From the NCBI GenBank assembly GCA_003598025.1, contig QZKH01000005.1, forward strand, positions 4,682 to 68,681: a stretch of 64,000 nt of DNA, in the 5' to 3' direction. The position numbers and the translations under genes are program-made. Positions within the stretch are counted from its first letter, which is position 1. Each line of letters opens with the position of its first letter. Positions 42,001 through 54,000 of this stretch are shown piece by piece. A model generated the notes under the pieces. It ran no database searches and was not told the origin of the DNA. It was given only the letters and a program-made list of their open reading frames with translations. Source of the stretch: Candidatus Omnitrophota bacterium. GTDB taxonomy: Bacteria > Omnitrophota > Gorgyraeia > Gygaellales > Profunditerraquicolaceae.

Positions 42001-45000
42001 TTAAGAATGAAGCTGGATAGTATAGATAAATTTACTGATTATGTAGCAGGGTTTGCGGTTTTGCCGAAATGTATCGTGTTGGATTGCGACGGTGTATTAT
42101 GGAGTGGGACGATAGATGAAGACGGTATTTATGGTGTAAAAGTAACCCCAGCCCATCAGGCTTTTCAGAGGAAAATACTTGAATTGAAAGAGAGCGGAAT
42201 GCTACTCGCCATCAATAGTAAAAACGACGCCAACGACGTAGAGGCCGTTTTAGATAATCATCAGGATATGGTTTTAAGAAGGAAGGATTTTGTAAATATA
42301 AAAGCTAATTGGCAAGATAAGGCTACAAATTTAAGAGCAATAGCCGAGGAATTAGGTATCGGGATTGACAGTTTGGTATTTTTTGACGATAGTCCTCAAG
42401 AACGCGGCTTGGTAAGAAGTCTATGCCCGCAAGTAGTTACTCCTGAGCTTACTGAAGATGTTGCAGAATGGGTGAATATATTAAGGGAATTAAATCTAAC
42501 CCCTACCCAGGCGCTTACTAACGAAGATAGGATAAGGACTGAACTTTATGCTGCGCAAAGACAAAGAGAGGATGCCAGGGTGCAGGCGCGTAATCTGGAA
42601 GAATACTTGATGTCATTAGGTATAAATATAAGGATATATGAAGGATTGGGTAATTTGCCTTATCTTCAGAGGTTATCTCAGCTTACTCATAAAACAAATC
42701 GTTTCAATTTAACTAATAGAAGATATAGCGATAGTCAAATTAGGGTGATGATTACTAATCCCGCGTACCGAGTATTTTCTCTTGAATATTCTGATAGGTA
42801 TTTAGATAAGAAAGGGTTTAAAGACCTGGTAGGTTTAATTATTGTTCATAATGGGTATATTGATACATTCTGTTTGAGCTGTAGATCTCTTGATCTAGGG
42901 GTTGAGAGAGCGTTTTTAAGTAATGTTGTCGGCCGCCTGAAAGAAAGTGGACAGAAAAGCCTAAGAGGTATATATATAAAAACAGAAAGAAACCTTTCTG
43001 TTAGAGACTTGTATCCAAATTTAGGCTTTACTCAGCATGCCTCCGGTGCTTATGGTAATGAAAGCACTCTTGCTGAATTTTGGACAGCAAATCTTCAAGA
43101 GATTGTTTTAGAGAAGCCAGCGCATATTTCAGTTTTGGGAGATAGCCAAGATATAGAGCATCGTGGCGATGAAATGGAATATTGTCAACAGGAAGGGAGA
43201 ACAATCTATAGCTATTTTATCGGAGAAAAATGGGGAATAGAAAGATTGAGGCAACGCGATTACTATTTAGTAGATGTAGAGTTTCTTTATTCAGATACGA
43301 GAATAGGCGGTTATAGTTTTGCCATAGAACCTACCGGTGTGTCTATCCATTACTGTTATTTTAATGGTGCGGGAAATTTGGGAAAGGAATTTATCGCAAG
43401 GGGTTTGTTAAGGGGCATAGCGATCAGTAGGATGCTCGGGTATGATACTAAACATATGGCAAGTTATTACGCTTGGGGTATATCTGAGAGAATGATAAAA
43501 GAAATGAGTGTAGAAATAGGAGGAGATACAGAAGATCCGTGGATGGTAGCCAGAGGCAAATTATTTATCGAATTAGGTTTTGCTGAAGATGGAATAGATG
43601 ACATTGTAGATTTTACCAAAACACACGATTTGATCCTTGGAAAACGTAGGATAGCCGTAGATGTTTTTGAGGCCTCGCTAAGAGACAATTTTTTAAGATG
43701 GTTTTATGAAGATAGAATTAAAAAGGTTGAAGGGGAAAGTGCCTGGGAATCTTTTAATACACCTGAGAACTGGGAAGAAGTAACAAAAATAGTAGCTTTA
43801 CGAGAAAGAGCGATTTGGCAAGCAATTGCTGTTGAATTAGCAAAAACGGGACATGAGGCATTTGCAGATCTTGAGCAAGTCATTGAAAAGGGCCTTCAGG
43901 TAACTCTTCCGATATTGATAGGAGGCATGATTTCCAGCAGTCCGCTTTCTAGCTTTGAACCTAGCAAGGGTGTTAATTATCTGAATAGAGCTACCAGTTC
44001 TCCATTGAGGTACTATCCGGCTGTGATTTCAGTGTGTGAAAAGACTCAAAATATATACGAGGATAACATCGTGAATCTTCAAAGGTACATTGAGCGTGCT
44101 TTTAGTGACTTAGGTTTTTCAAATCAAGATTCAAAAAGCATTGTTTTCTTTGATGCCAATTTGAACTATCTTGCTGAAGAGATTGAAGAGGGCATAGCTA
44201 TAAATTTATCCTTAGCAAGTGTTGCCCCGCCGTTTAATCCGAGCCAGGAGGAATCCTGTGATTTTCAAATCTTGATTAGTGATGTTCTCCGTCGCATGTT
44301 GCATGGCAATAGTCATATTCAGGTATCTTCATCAGATAGAAATAACAGTAAGGAGCCCTACGCTTATTTTATAGACAATTTAGATGAATTTATTCATGTG
44401 TGTAAAGCTGGTAGGAATATCGGGCTGGTTGATTTAGGCTACATACGAGATACTGTCAGAGGAATTTTATCAACGGTATTTCTTGAAGGATCACAAAAGA
44501 GAAATGTCCTGGCCCAAGATATCGGTGATTTAGTTGAATTGATTTACGATAATATAGAATGGATACCTTTTTTAACTGAAGAATTGAGAAATGCTGTTGC
44601 TTTAGATTTGGTTTTACGCCCCGCTATATTGATAATAAAGAATTTAATTTCTCGGGGTACAGCTGAAAATGCAACGCAGTTTAGGCGCGTTTTAAAATCC
44701 GCTTTCACAGTTGCTTTGTTGGGTCGCAATATAAAAAAACGAGGCTATTCTGATGAAGCTTTTATGTCAGGAATGATTTTAATAAGTAATGGTAAGCTAG
44801 CTTCGTGTTTAGATGATTTAGACCAAGTGCTTCAGTTGGAAGGCAGGTTATTATGCCGTATAGTAGAAAATGTTTCAGTAGCCTTAGAAAATATCTATAT
44901 GTATGCAACTTGTTTGGATTTGGTAGAACGTTTAGAAGAAGCCAGGGAATATCGCAGAACGAATACAAATGGTGGATATGAATTCGGAGACGTTCAATAC

Positions 45001-48000
45001 TTCCCGATAGGTACAGATTATGGACCGGATGAAACTGTCCAAAATTTCTTGATAACTATTCCAAGGTTTAGGCGCGGAATTATGCCTTTAACAATAAGTC
45101 TAAAATTGCTGGATTTGTTTGATGGAGATGTATCGGATACTATGCGAGAAATCTTAAGGCTGAATGAATTGGAAGATTCTTCTTTAGATATCGAGTTTAA
45201 TCGTTTAGGCTTGGGAACAACAAAAGATGGGCCGAGAAGAGACCAATTATATAAATGTCTTGTTCTTGATTGCGATGGGTTACTTTGGGCGGGGATTGTT
45301 GGAGAAGACGGCTTAACAGGTATTCAGGTAACTGCATCACATCAGGATTTTCAGAGAAAAGTTATGGAGTTAAAAAATAGAGGAATTTTGTTAGCGATAA
45401 ATAGTAAGAATAATCCCGAAGATATAGGCAGCGTATTAGATAATCACCCAAGCATGATCCTAAGGAGAGAACATTTTGCTGTAGTAAAAGCAAATTGGCA
45501 GGACAAGGCTGAGAATTTGAGAGAGATCGCCCAGGAGTTAAATATAGGCACAGAGAATTTAGTATTTCTGGATGATTCTTTGCGCGAAAGGGTATTAGTA
45601 AGAATGCATTGCCCAGAGGTTTTTACTCCGGACTTGCCCGATAAAGTTAAAGACTGGGGAAATTTTTTGTTAAGTTTAGGATTTTCCGAGCAGGAGCCGT
45701 TAACAGCTGAGGATTCAAGAAGGACTGAGATGTACTCGGAGCATAGATTAAGATTAGCTTCGAGAGTACAAAGTATTTCTTTAGAAGATTATTACCTTTC
45801 GTTGGGGATGAAGATAGTAATCAGGGAAGGCAAAGCGAATTTGAATCATACCTTACGCCTGGCCCAGTTATCACAAAGAACCAATCAATTTAATCTTACT
45901 TTTCGTAGGTATAATGAGTGTGAAATAAGAGATAAGGTGATGCATACTGATGACTATAATGTTTTCAGCTTGGAGTATTCGGATAGATTCGGCTCAGCTG
46001 GAATAGTAGGTTTAATTATTGTTTATGTAGGAAGCGGCAAGCCCGAGATACTCGAATTCTGCTTAAGTTGTAGGGCTATTGGTTTGACATTAGAAGAAGC
46101 ATTTATGGGTTATGTGATTAACAGAATAAAGCAGGCAGGTTCGCAGGAGTTGACCGGAGAATATAGGATTGGGCCTAGAAACAATTTAGTGAGTACTATG
46201 TACCAGAGGCTCGGATTTAGCAAACTTGATAATGGACGTTGGAGTATTAATTTGAATGAGACTGCTATTGTTATTCCAGAGTATATTGCTGTTACCAGTC
46301 TAGAGGAAGAGGCAGTTGATGAACCTTCCGAGGAGTTAATAGAATTCACTATGAATAATCCGCCACGTACTTATATAACAGATTGTTGGAGAAACAATGG
46401 ACCATATCGTTGGGGAGAAATCGGAGGAGTAGTTTTATTTGAGGATAGCTCTACTGATTATCGTCAAGATGATTCAGGGTTTGTTTGTGCATATACTGAA
46501 TATACATTTTATTATTATGATCTCTTGGATTTAGAAAATCTTAGGTGCGAATGGTCGCCTTATTTGTTATGGGAAGCATATAAGGAGGGGATTAAGAGGA
46601 ATAAGAACGGAAGCAAGGAAAATGTAACCAGCAGCCCAATAATTCCCAGGTCCGTTTCTCTTGCCCCTCAGAGACCGTTTCTGCCACTGACCAGAGAAGT
46701 GCCCCCTGGAGATTTTATAGTTCCGTTGAAGCGTTTAATCGTTGAACCATTGATCGGAGACAATAAATCATCTTTAGCAGCTAATGGCCTAGATAATTTC
46801 CTTATTTCGGTTTTGCACCATGGGCCGCCACTTGGACAATTTATACCTGCCGTACAAACAAGCTCTCCGTTAAAATTAGACATTAATTTAATAATCCACT
46901 CTTTAATATTTTCTTCAGGAATATATTTGGCAGTTGGCAATCAAGGTGTTTCTCAAATAATCGGCGTTTTCCTTGCTTTAGTACCAAGTTTTTCTTATTT
47001 CAGCATAAAAGATATTCAGATGAACGACGAAGAGATGCCTGAATCAAAATTCGCGTTCAGGATGATAACACGGGCAATTATTGTGCTGGCCGCATTATAT
47101 CTATGCGTAGCTATCAGCAATAAGATAAACGATTTCAATACAGAAAGAATCAAGGTAGAGCAAAATTCAGGCGTAAATCAAAGCAGAAATTCAAGTTCAC
47201 CCGTTTCCTGGCGCAGTATAATTCTATTGACCGCATTACTTATTACAGTAAATTTCGATTGCGGAAATATTTCTAAAGAAGCTGCTGAGATTTCTTCCTA
47301 TCATGAAAGTTCTGTTCAGGAAACAGAGAAACCTGACCTGATGGATTTAGTCGAACGTTACGGTATCCAGCTGCATGAAAACGAAGATGCATTCGTTAAA
47401 TTTAACGTTTGCATGGATTCTCTATTCAAATACGCCTCGCAGGATATCGTTGATACATTAAACAGGCTTCGCAGAGAAAAAAGAATCGCACTTTTTATAA
47501 GCTCCAATATGAGTGGTTTTTACAATGGCTTGCTTAATCTGGGCAATGCTACAGGAGAAAGGGGAATAAGCAATCAATACGGTATTACCCTAAGGGTTGA
47601 AACAGCGGAAGGGAAAGAAATATATTTAACCATCTTTGATAAAGATATTTTCGCTGAGGCCGAGTTAACTTCAGCGACGGTTTTCCATGAAATGGCCGGG
47701 CATGTCGCCAGAACCGAGCTGGAAGGTGAATTGCCGACGATTGCGCTAAACGAAATCAGGGCCTACCAGACGGAGATGGGGCTTATTAAGGAATTACGGG
47801 ATGATATAAGGCAAACCTATAGCCGAGATGCGGAGTCTAACCCGCGAATAAAAAGTGAATTAGAGGCAGGGATTAAAAGATTCGACTCATTAATTAACGC
47901 TGCTGCGGAAAGAATCCAGGATTATAAGAATAGCGCATCTTCGCCTTTGTCTTGTGAAGAGGAAGAAGAAATAGAATTTCAGTATTATAAAAAACTCGGG

Positions 48001-51000
48001 TTAATTGATGAATTAGAGGACGGCAGGATTATTTTAATGTATGATTGGGAGCCAGGTAAACCGATCGATGCAATAAGATTCAGGATAACCCTTGATAGTA
48101 AGCACGATGCAGTAGCGGAAGCCCGTCATCTGGCAGCAGGCGTACTTACATTGGAACAAATGCAGACAATCCCTATGCTATGCGCCTTTCTTATGAATTT
48201 AAAGACTATTAAAGGAAGCAGGGGGATATATAACTGCCAAGACATAGTTAAAGTGATTCAGACTCTTCATGCATTCGCCAGGAGATTGCAAATTATGCCT
48301 GGGTTGGCATTGACAACTTTAACTAATGCTAAAGATACTCCGGCTGAAGGCCTAAGAAGCAAGGTTAGGGAGTTGTTAGAAAGAGAGATTGACCGAAACA
48401 CAACTTCAGCAGATAGCGCTGCTAAAGATGATAAATCCAGTTCGCCGGTAGGATCTGAGCGATTAGCCAGGCATAGTTATACTGTAAGGAAACTTCACTA
48501 TGGCGAGGGAATACGCTTGGGAAGATATTCTGCTAAGTCGCTGGATAGTGTTTTTCCAAATGCGCGCTGTGAAGTGCAGGTTGATGGCAGTATAGCCGAG
48601 CTCTCGGATTATGCATACGCCCTGGTAACCGGGCAAGAGAAAAGATTTTATTTAGGCACCCATCACCATGGTGCATATCTTTTTACGGTTAAGGCATTTC
48701 AGGATGGGTTTATTACCGGCAAGGAACATTTCCTGCATATTGATTCCTGGGGGCATGACGATAACGGGAATGTAAATACCCGTATGCTCAATAATAATTC
48801 TTCTTACCGAGCACATCTTTCTTTTGCAAACTTAACAAATGTCGGCATGCCAGGGCATTTATCCGTAGGAAATTACGTCCGAGCCTTAAGAAAAATTTTT
48901 CCAGCTATGAAGTTTTCTTATCTATACGACGGTGGTAATGCACTCTTTCCTGAAACCGGTTTTAGATGGCAGGGCAATATTTTTGATTATCGCTGCCGGC
49001 CACAAGAAGCTATTACAAGTGTCGACCTTGATATTTTTGACAGTCCTATTGAAAAATATCGGACATTAATGGATAAGATATTTGAACTGGCTGCAAATAG
49101 CAAATTAGTAATGATTTTTACCAGCCCGGGTTATATAAGACAGGCCAAAGCCGTACGCGCCGCCGAGCAGCTTTGCCGCAGGCTTCTGAATGTTTATGAT
49201 GGGGCAAGAAGATCAGATCAGCTCAGGTACAAAAAAGGCAGCAGTTCTCCGTTATTCCTTCGGCACCTTGCCTTTCGTTCCATGCAGCAGCGACAAAGAG
49301 TAATGCAGGAGCTCGATATATTTGAAAGATTCATCGGCCCGGAATTAGAAGAGATTCTAAAAGAAGACGTAGCGGATGAGCGCATTATCCTAAGCACGGC
49401 AGATAGATTATGGGAAGTGCCGGATACCCTCGAAAGGGAGAAACTTGCCCAGCATATATTAGAAGTAGCAGAAATTTGTTTCCAGTGGCAAACATTCTCT
49501 GAAAATTCCTATAAAATATACCAAGCATTAATCCGCCGGAACATCGACCAACAGCGATTTTATGAGCACCTCGATCGTATTGCGTATGTATTAAGCAGGT
49601 ATCTGAAAAGGATAATGAGGCAACACGGAAACAGAAAAGCATTGTTTTCAGCACTAAATGTTACGACAGTGTTACAGGCAAGAGGATACCATAGATTATT
49701 GAGCACTCGTAAAAACTGGGTTTTTGATTTAGAAATAAGCTTCATGAGCGGCGAGTTCTTTGATCCAGAGATACCTATACTTCCTAATGAATACCTGTAT
49801 TCCCGCGCTCCTCTAGAGATGCCTGTATACTATGCTGAAGTTGATTTTGTAACAGGTGAATTATTCTTGGTTTTTAAGAAAGCCGAAATGCATGGTTTGC
49901 CATGCGTGAAAGAACATGGGATCACCAGAGGAGAATCAAGCTCGCCCCTACAGGATGGTTGGCAAATGCCGGAGGAAGAAAAAGCAATTATAGCGAATTT
50001 GCCTCCGCTTCGCCAAAAAGTATACGAACCTAAAGTATTGTTTCTTGGCCCGGGGACATGCAATTTAAAATGTGAACCTTGTTTGCAGAAAAGGGTGCTT
50101 TGTACGCATCTAATCAATAATCGCGATAGATTTATCCAGACACTTGATAACGCAGACGCAGCAGGGATTGAATCTTACGCATGGTGTATCGGGGAAACCT
50201 TTGTTAATCCCGATTTTCTTTTTGAAATATTAAGGCATATGGTCAGCCTGGATGGTTTTAAGAGGGTATGGTTCTTGACTAATACCTCATTCGCCAGAAA
50301 CTTAGATAGGGCAAGAAGTATATTAAGAGAGGTAAACAATATACTTAGCGCCAAGAAGGATATAGATATACAGATGGACTTTAGTTGGGATAGAGCCCAT
50401 AAAGAAGCCGGTGTGACTACGCAGTATATCGTTAATTTCTTAGATGCCCTGGTTCTTGAATGGGGCCAGGGAAATGTCGGGATGCAGGCAATTGATTTAG
50501 CCTATGACCATACTTTCTCGGAACTGATGAATTTTTTGATTACACAAGGCCTTTTAACTGAAGAAGTTGACACCCATGCAACTAAAATTCAACTTACTAA
50601 CGGTTTGACAATCAGGCCACGGAAGATACCGTTATTTGAATTCCCATCCGAGGCTAATTGCAACGATACTTCTTTATGGAGCGCACAATCTATCGACTAT
50701 AAACTGGTCTATACTGATGAAAGAGATGACCCTTTAGGGTATGTACAGGAACATGTAGATGACGTGCCAATGCGTATTAGCCATGGTATCGTCTTAGGTC
50801 CGGATGGCAGGCTATATCTTGATGACGGGTTTATGAATTATCAGGCTATACCTTTGGCAGAAATGCCTGATGTGCAGGGAGCAATAGATATGGTTAATAG
50901 CCACCCATTATTAAGGTCGTTGGTTTCGGAAGGCAAAGGAGTGGCATATTGTTTCGATGCTTTTGAAACGCTCACTCCGCAGGAAAGGGGAGGAGTGGAG

Positions 51001-54000
51001 ATATTCCAGCTGGCAAGTAATTTTGATGACCGGATATCGGCGGTGGTATATTGTTTCGTGAATAACGAAAGAGCAAGATTACAAGCCATAAAAGCGCTTG
51101 TGCGTAACGAATTATTAAAAGGGGAATTAGATGGATTTGATATGCAGGATTTAGAGGCTTTACGTAGCGGGCTTAAGGCTGTGGATTTTGATGCGGAAGG
51201 CAAGCTCTATTTTAGAGATGTTGCCTTTGGTTCATCAGAGGCGTTTCTTCGTGCTTTGGCCGTAGCGCGCCTGGATTTTACAGAAGCAATGTATTCTGGA
51301 AAGTATCCGTTAATTGAAGCCCAGGATAAATGGGGAAGGTACTTTGGTTTGTTGTCCCAAGAGCGGTACGGAGAACTAGAAAGTGAAGTTGCCAGGAATA
51401 TAGCTGCCATGTGGGCCAGGTATTCTCATTCGCAAATATTAAGGCGCAGGAGAGACGTGCATGAGTTTTTGGGATTTTTAATCTATCAGTTTGAACAAGG
51501 CCAGAAAAGAGGTGTTAGCGTTAGTTCTTCGCCTCTCATTGAGCATGATGAAGCCGCCAGTTTAAATAGCAGGCTTAAGGAATTACATTTATATCTGGAT
51601 AAAGACGGTGTATTACGTTTAAACACCGCCAGTTTGCCGAATATTGATCCTTTGGCCAGATTTTTGTCTGCATCGGCAGGTATTATCTTTGATGGCAAAA
51701 AGTTATTGGATATTATCGGCATAACCGGAGGAGCAGTTATTAGGGCCTTGACAGGTGATTATACTGAAAATGGAGACTTGGATTTCTTTGCGCATGACAT
51801 AATTGTGCCTAACTGTAAGATAGATGTTTTAGTCGAGCAATTAAGGCAATACCAGCTTCATTATCTTGGAGAATACCAAACGTTGATGGAGTTGTTTGAT
51901 AAGACTGTTGATCTTACGATTAAACGTATAATCATACGGCCGGTTGGAATTAACCAGGACCCTGTTATTTCAACTATCGGTATAAGCGGGGTAATTGATC
52001 TGTTAAACCATAGAGGAGAGTTAACGAAACGTTCTGCCGGCGCAACATTACATTTATCCAGGGCAGCAAAAAGCGTAACAGTTATGCGCAGGCTTAACCT
52101 TGTGCCTACAAGAAATGCGCTTTTAATCTTGAATGATTTTTTGAATGAAGCTAAAAAATCTTCACACACCTCAAAAGAAGCTGTTTTGTTAAGGGATATC
52201 AGAGCATTTTACCAGGAGTATATTTTATCGGATTCCGATGAAGGCACATCTTCTTCACCTATTAAGGATAGCAGAGAATACGGAGAATTGAAGGGCAGGA
52301 TAAGCGATATACAGAGGAAAGAGCTGAATGCGTATTCTTCCGAAGATTTCGACGAGCTTAATGATATAGCCTTCAGGTTTATCACTCTATTAGAGAGTCG
52401 CCAGGATATAAGCGCTTTTGTCAGGCGGAACGGTAAAGATTTTATCCTTGAATTGCCCGGACAGGCCCTTATAGAGTTGAGCGAAGCAGTAATGAAATGC
52501 GCAGAAGAGGAGCAGGAAATGTATTTCTCAATACTTTACACTGCTCAAAAGGTATTGGATATCGTAGCTCACAGAAGGGACAGAGCAGAATCGGACTTAA
52601 GAAGAACAGATTACGAACAGGTAGCCGCGCTAATTACCGCTGCTTTAATTGTCAGGCCGCAAAACAGGGCTTTATTATGTGACCATGCAACAGTTCTTTT
52701 CCATGTTGGAGAGTATGATCAGGCTCTGGAGATATTCCGCAGATTAGTTACCGATGATCCTGCTGATAGAAGGACAAACTCCGGTATTGGTTATGTTTTG
52801 CTTGAGAGGGCACGCAGGCAACTTGAGCCTTTTAAAGAGAGGCTGCGGCTAAGGGATTGGGACAGGGCATTAGCTTACCTGGAGGAAGCAAAAAGATTGC
52901 TCAGGGATGCTGCTAATTACTTTGAATTAAACGTAAGGGATTATGAGCGTAATCGGGCGCAGGACCCAGGCCAAATACCCCGCTCTCTTTCAGGGCTATC
53001 GGCAGTTTCAAAATTATTGACGGATTATTATTTCAGGTTGCAGAGAAGTTATCAGCATAACCCGCTTAGGGTCTGGAAAGAGAGCCAGGTTATAACGTTG
53101 AATTATGCGGTCGCAAGCCTAAGTTATGCCGTTAAGGCCCTTAAAGTTGAATCAGAACATCCGGGTATCGCAAGTAATGGCGATAATTCGCATTCCATTT
53201 CTTTCTATGATTCTGCTTTTGACGTAGTAAGCAGGGCGATAGTTGCATTAGACAGAATGACACTTGAAGAAAGAAATATAGCGCAACTCGAATCCAATAT
53301 TAATGTTTTGAGCCAGGTGCATGCTCAAAGTAAGCAATTACCCCAATTAAATTCCGCAGATACCCAGGACGCAGAAAGGCGGAGGTGGCAAGGCTTAAAC
53401 GATTCAATAGAAAGGTTAAAGCAGAGAATATCTTTTTATCGTAAGGTCGAGAAAGATTTTAAAGAGGGGGCTTTAAGTTTAGCCTTAAGGCCATATGCCG
53501 ATATAGAGGCTTATGCAGAAGACTTAAGAGGGTATGTTGTCTCTAGGTCCGATGCATATATGTCGAATCAGGCTGAAAGAATATTTTCTCAGCTTTGGGC
53601 TGGCATCAATCCGGATTTAGCGGATGTTCTCATAATCAGGGCGTTTGTTACTGCAGATGATAAAAATATCGGAGAGATAGCTTTGTATCTGGATTTGGCT
53701 TTAGATGAAATTAAAACCCAGGTTAATACCGTAGCCTTGAAAGATGGATTGTCTTGCGAAAGATTAGCTGCCAGGATTAATACGCCTAAGATGGCTTGGT
53801 TGGGAGTAGCTATCAAAAGTATAGAAGATAATGCGGTTATTGCAGAAATTGAAGCGGTGCAGGACAGAGAAACAGCAAAAGAGCCGGATAAATACAGCGT
53901 CGCTGATGCAAAATATTTCCTATCTTCGGATGCTGAAAGGATTGCCGCGCTAAAGGATAATTTAGAGAGGTTGTCCGGTTGGTTTGAGAATATGTTCCCG

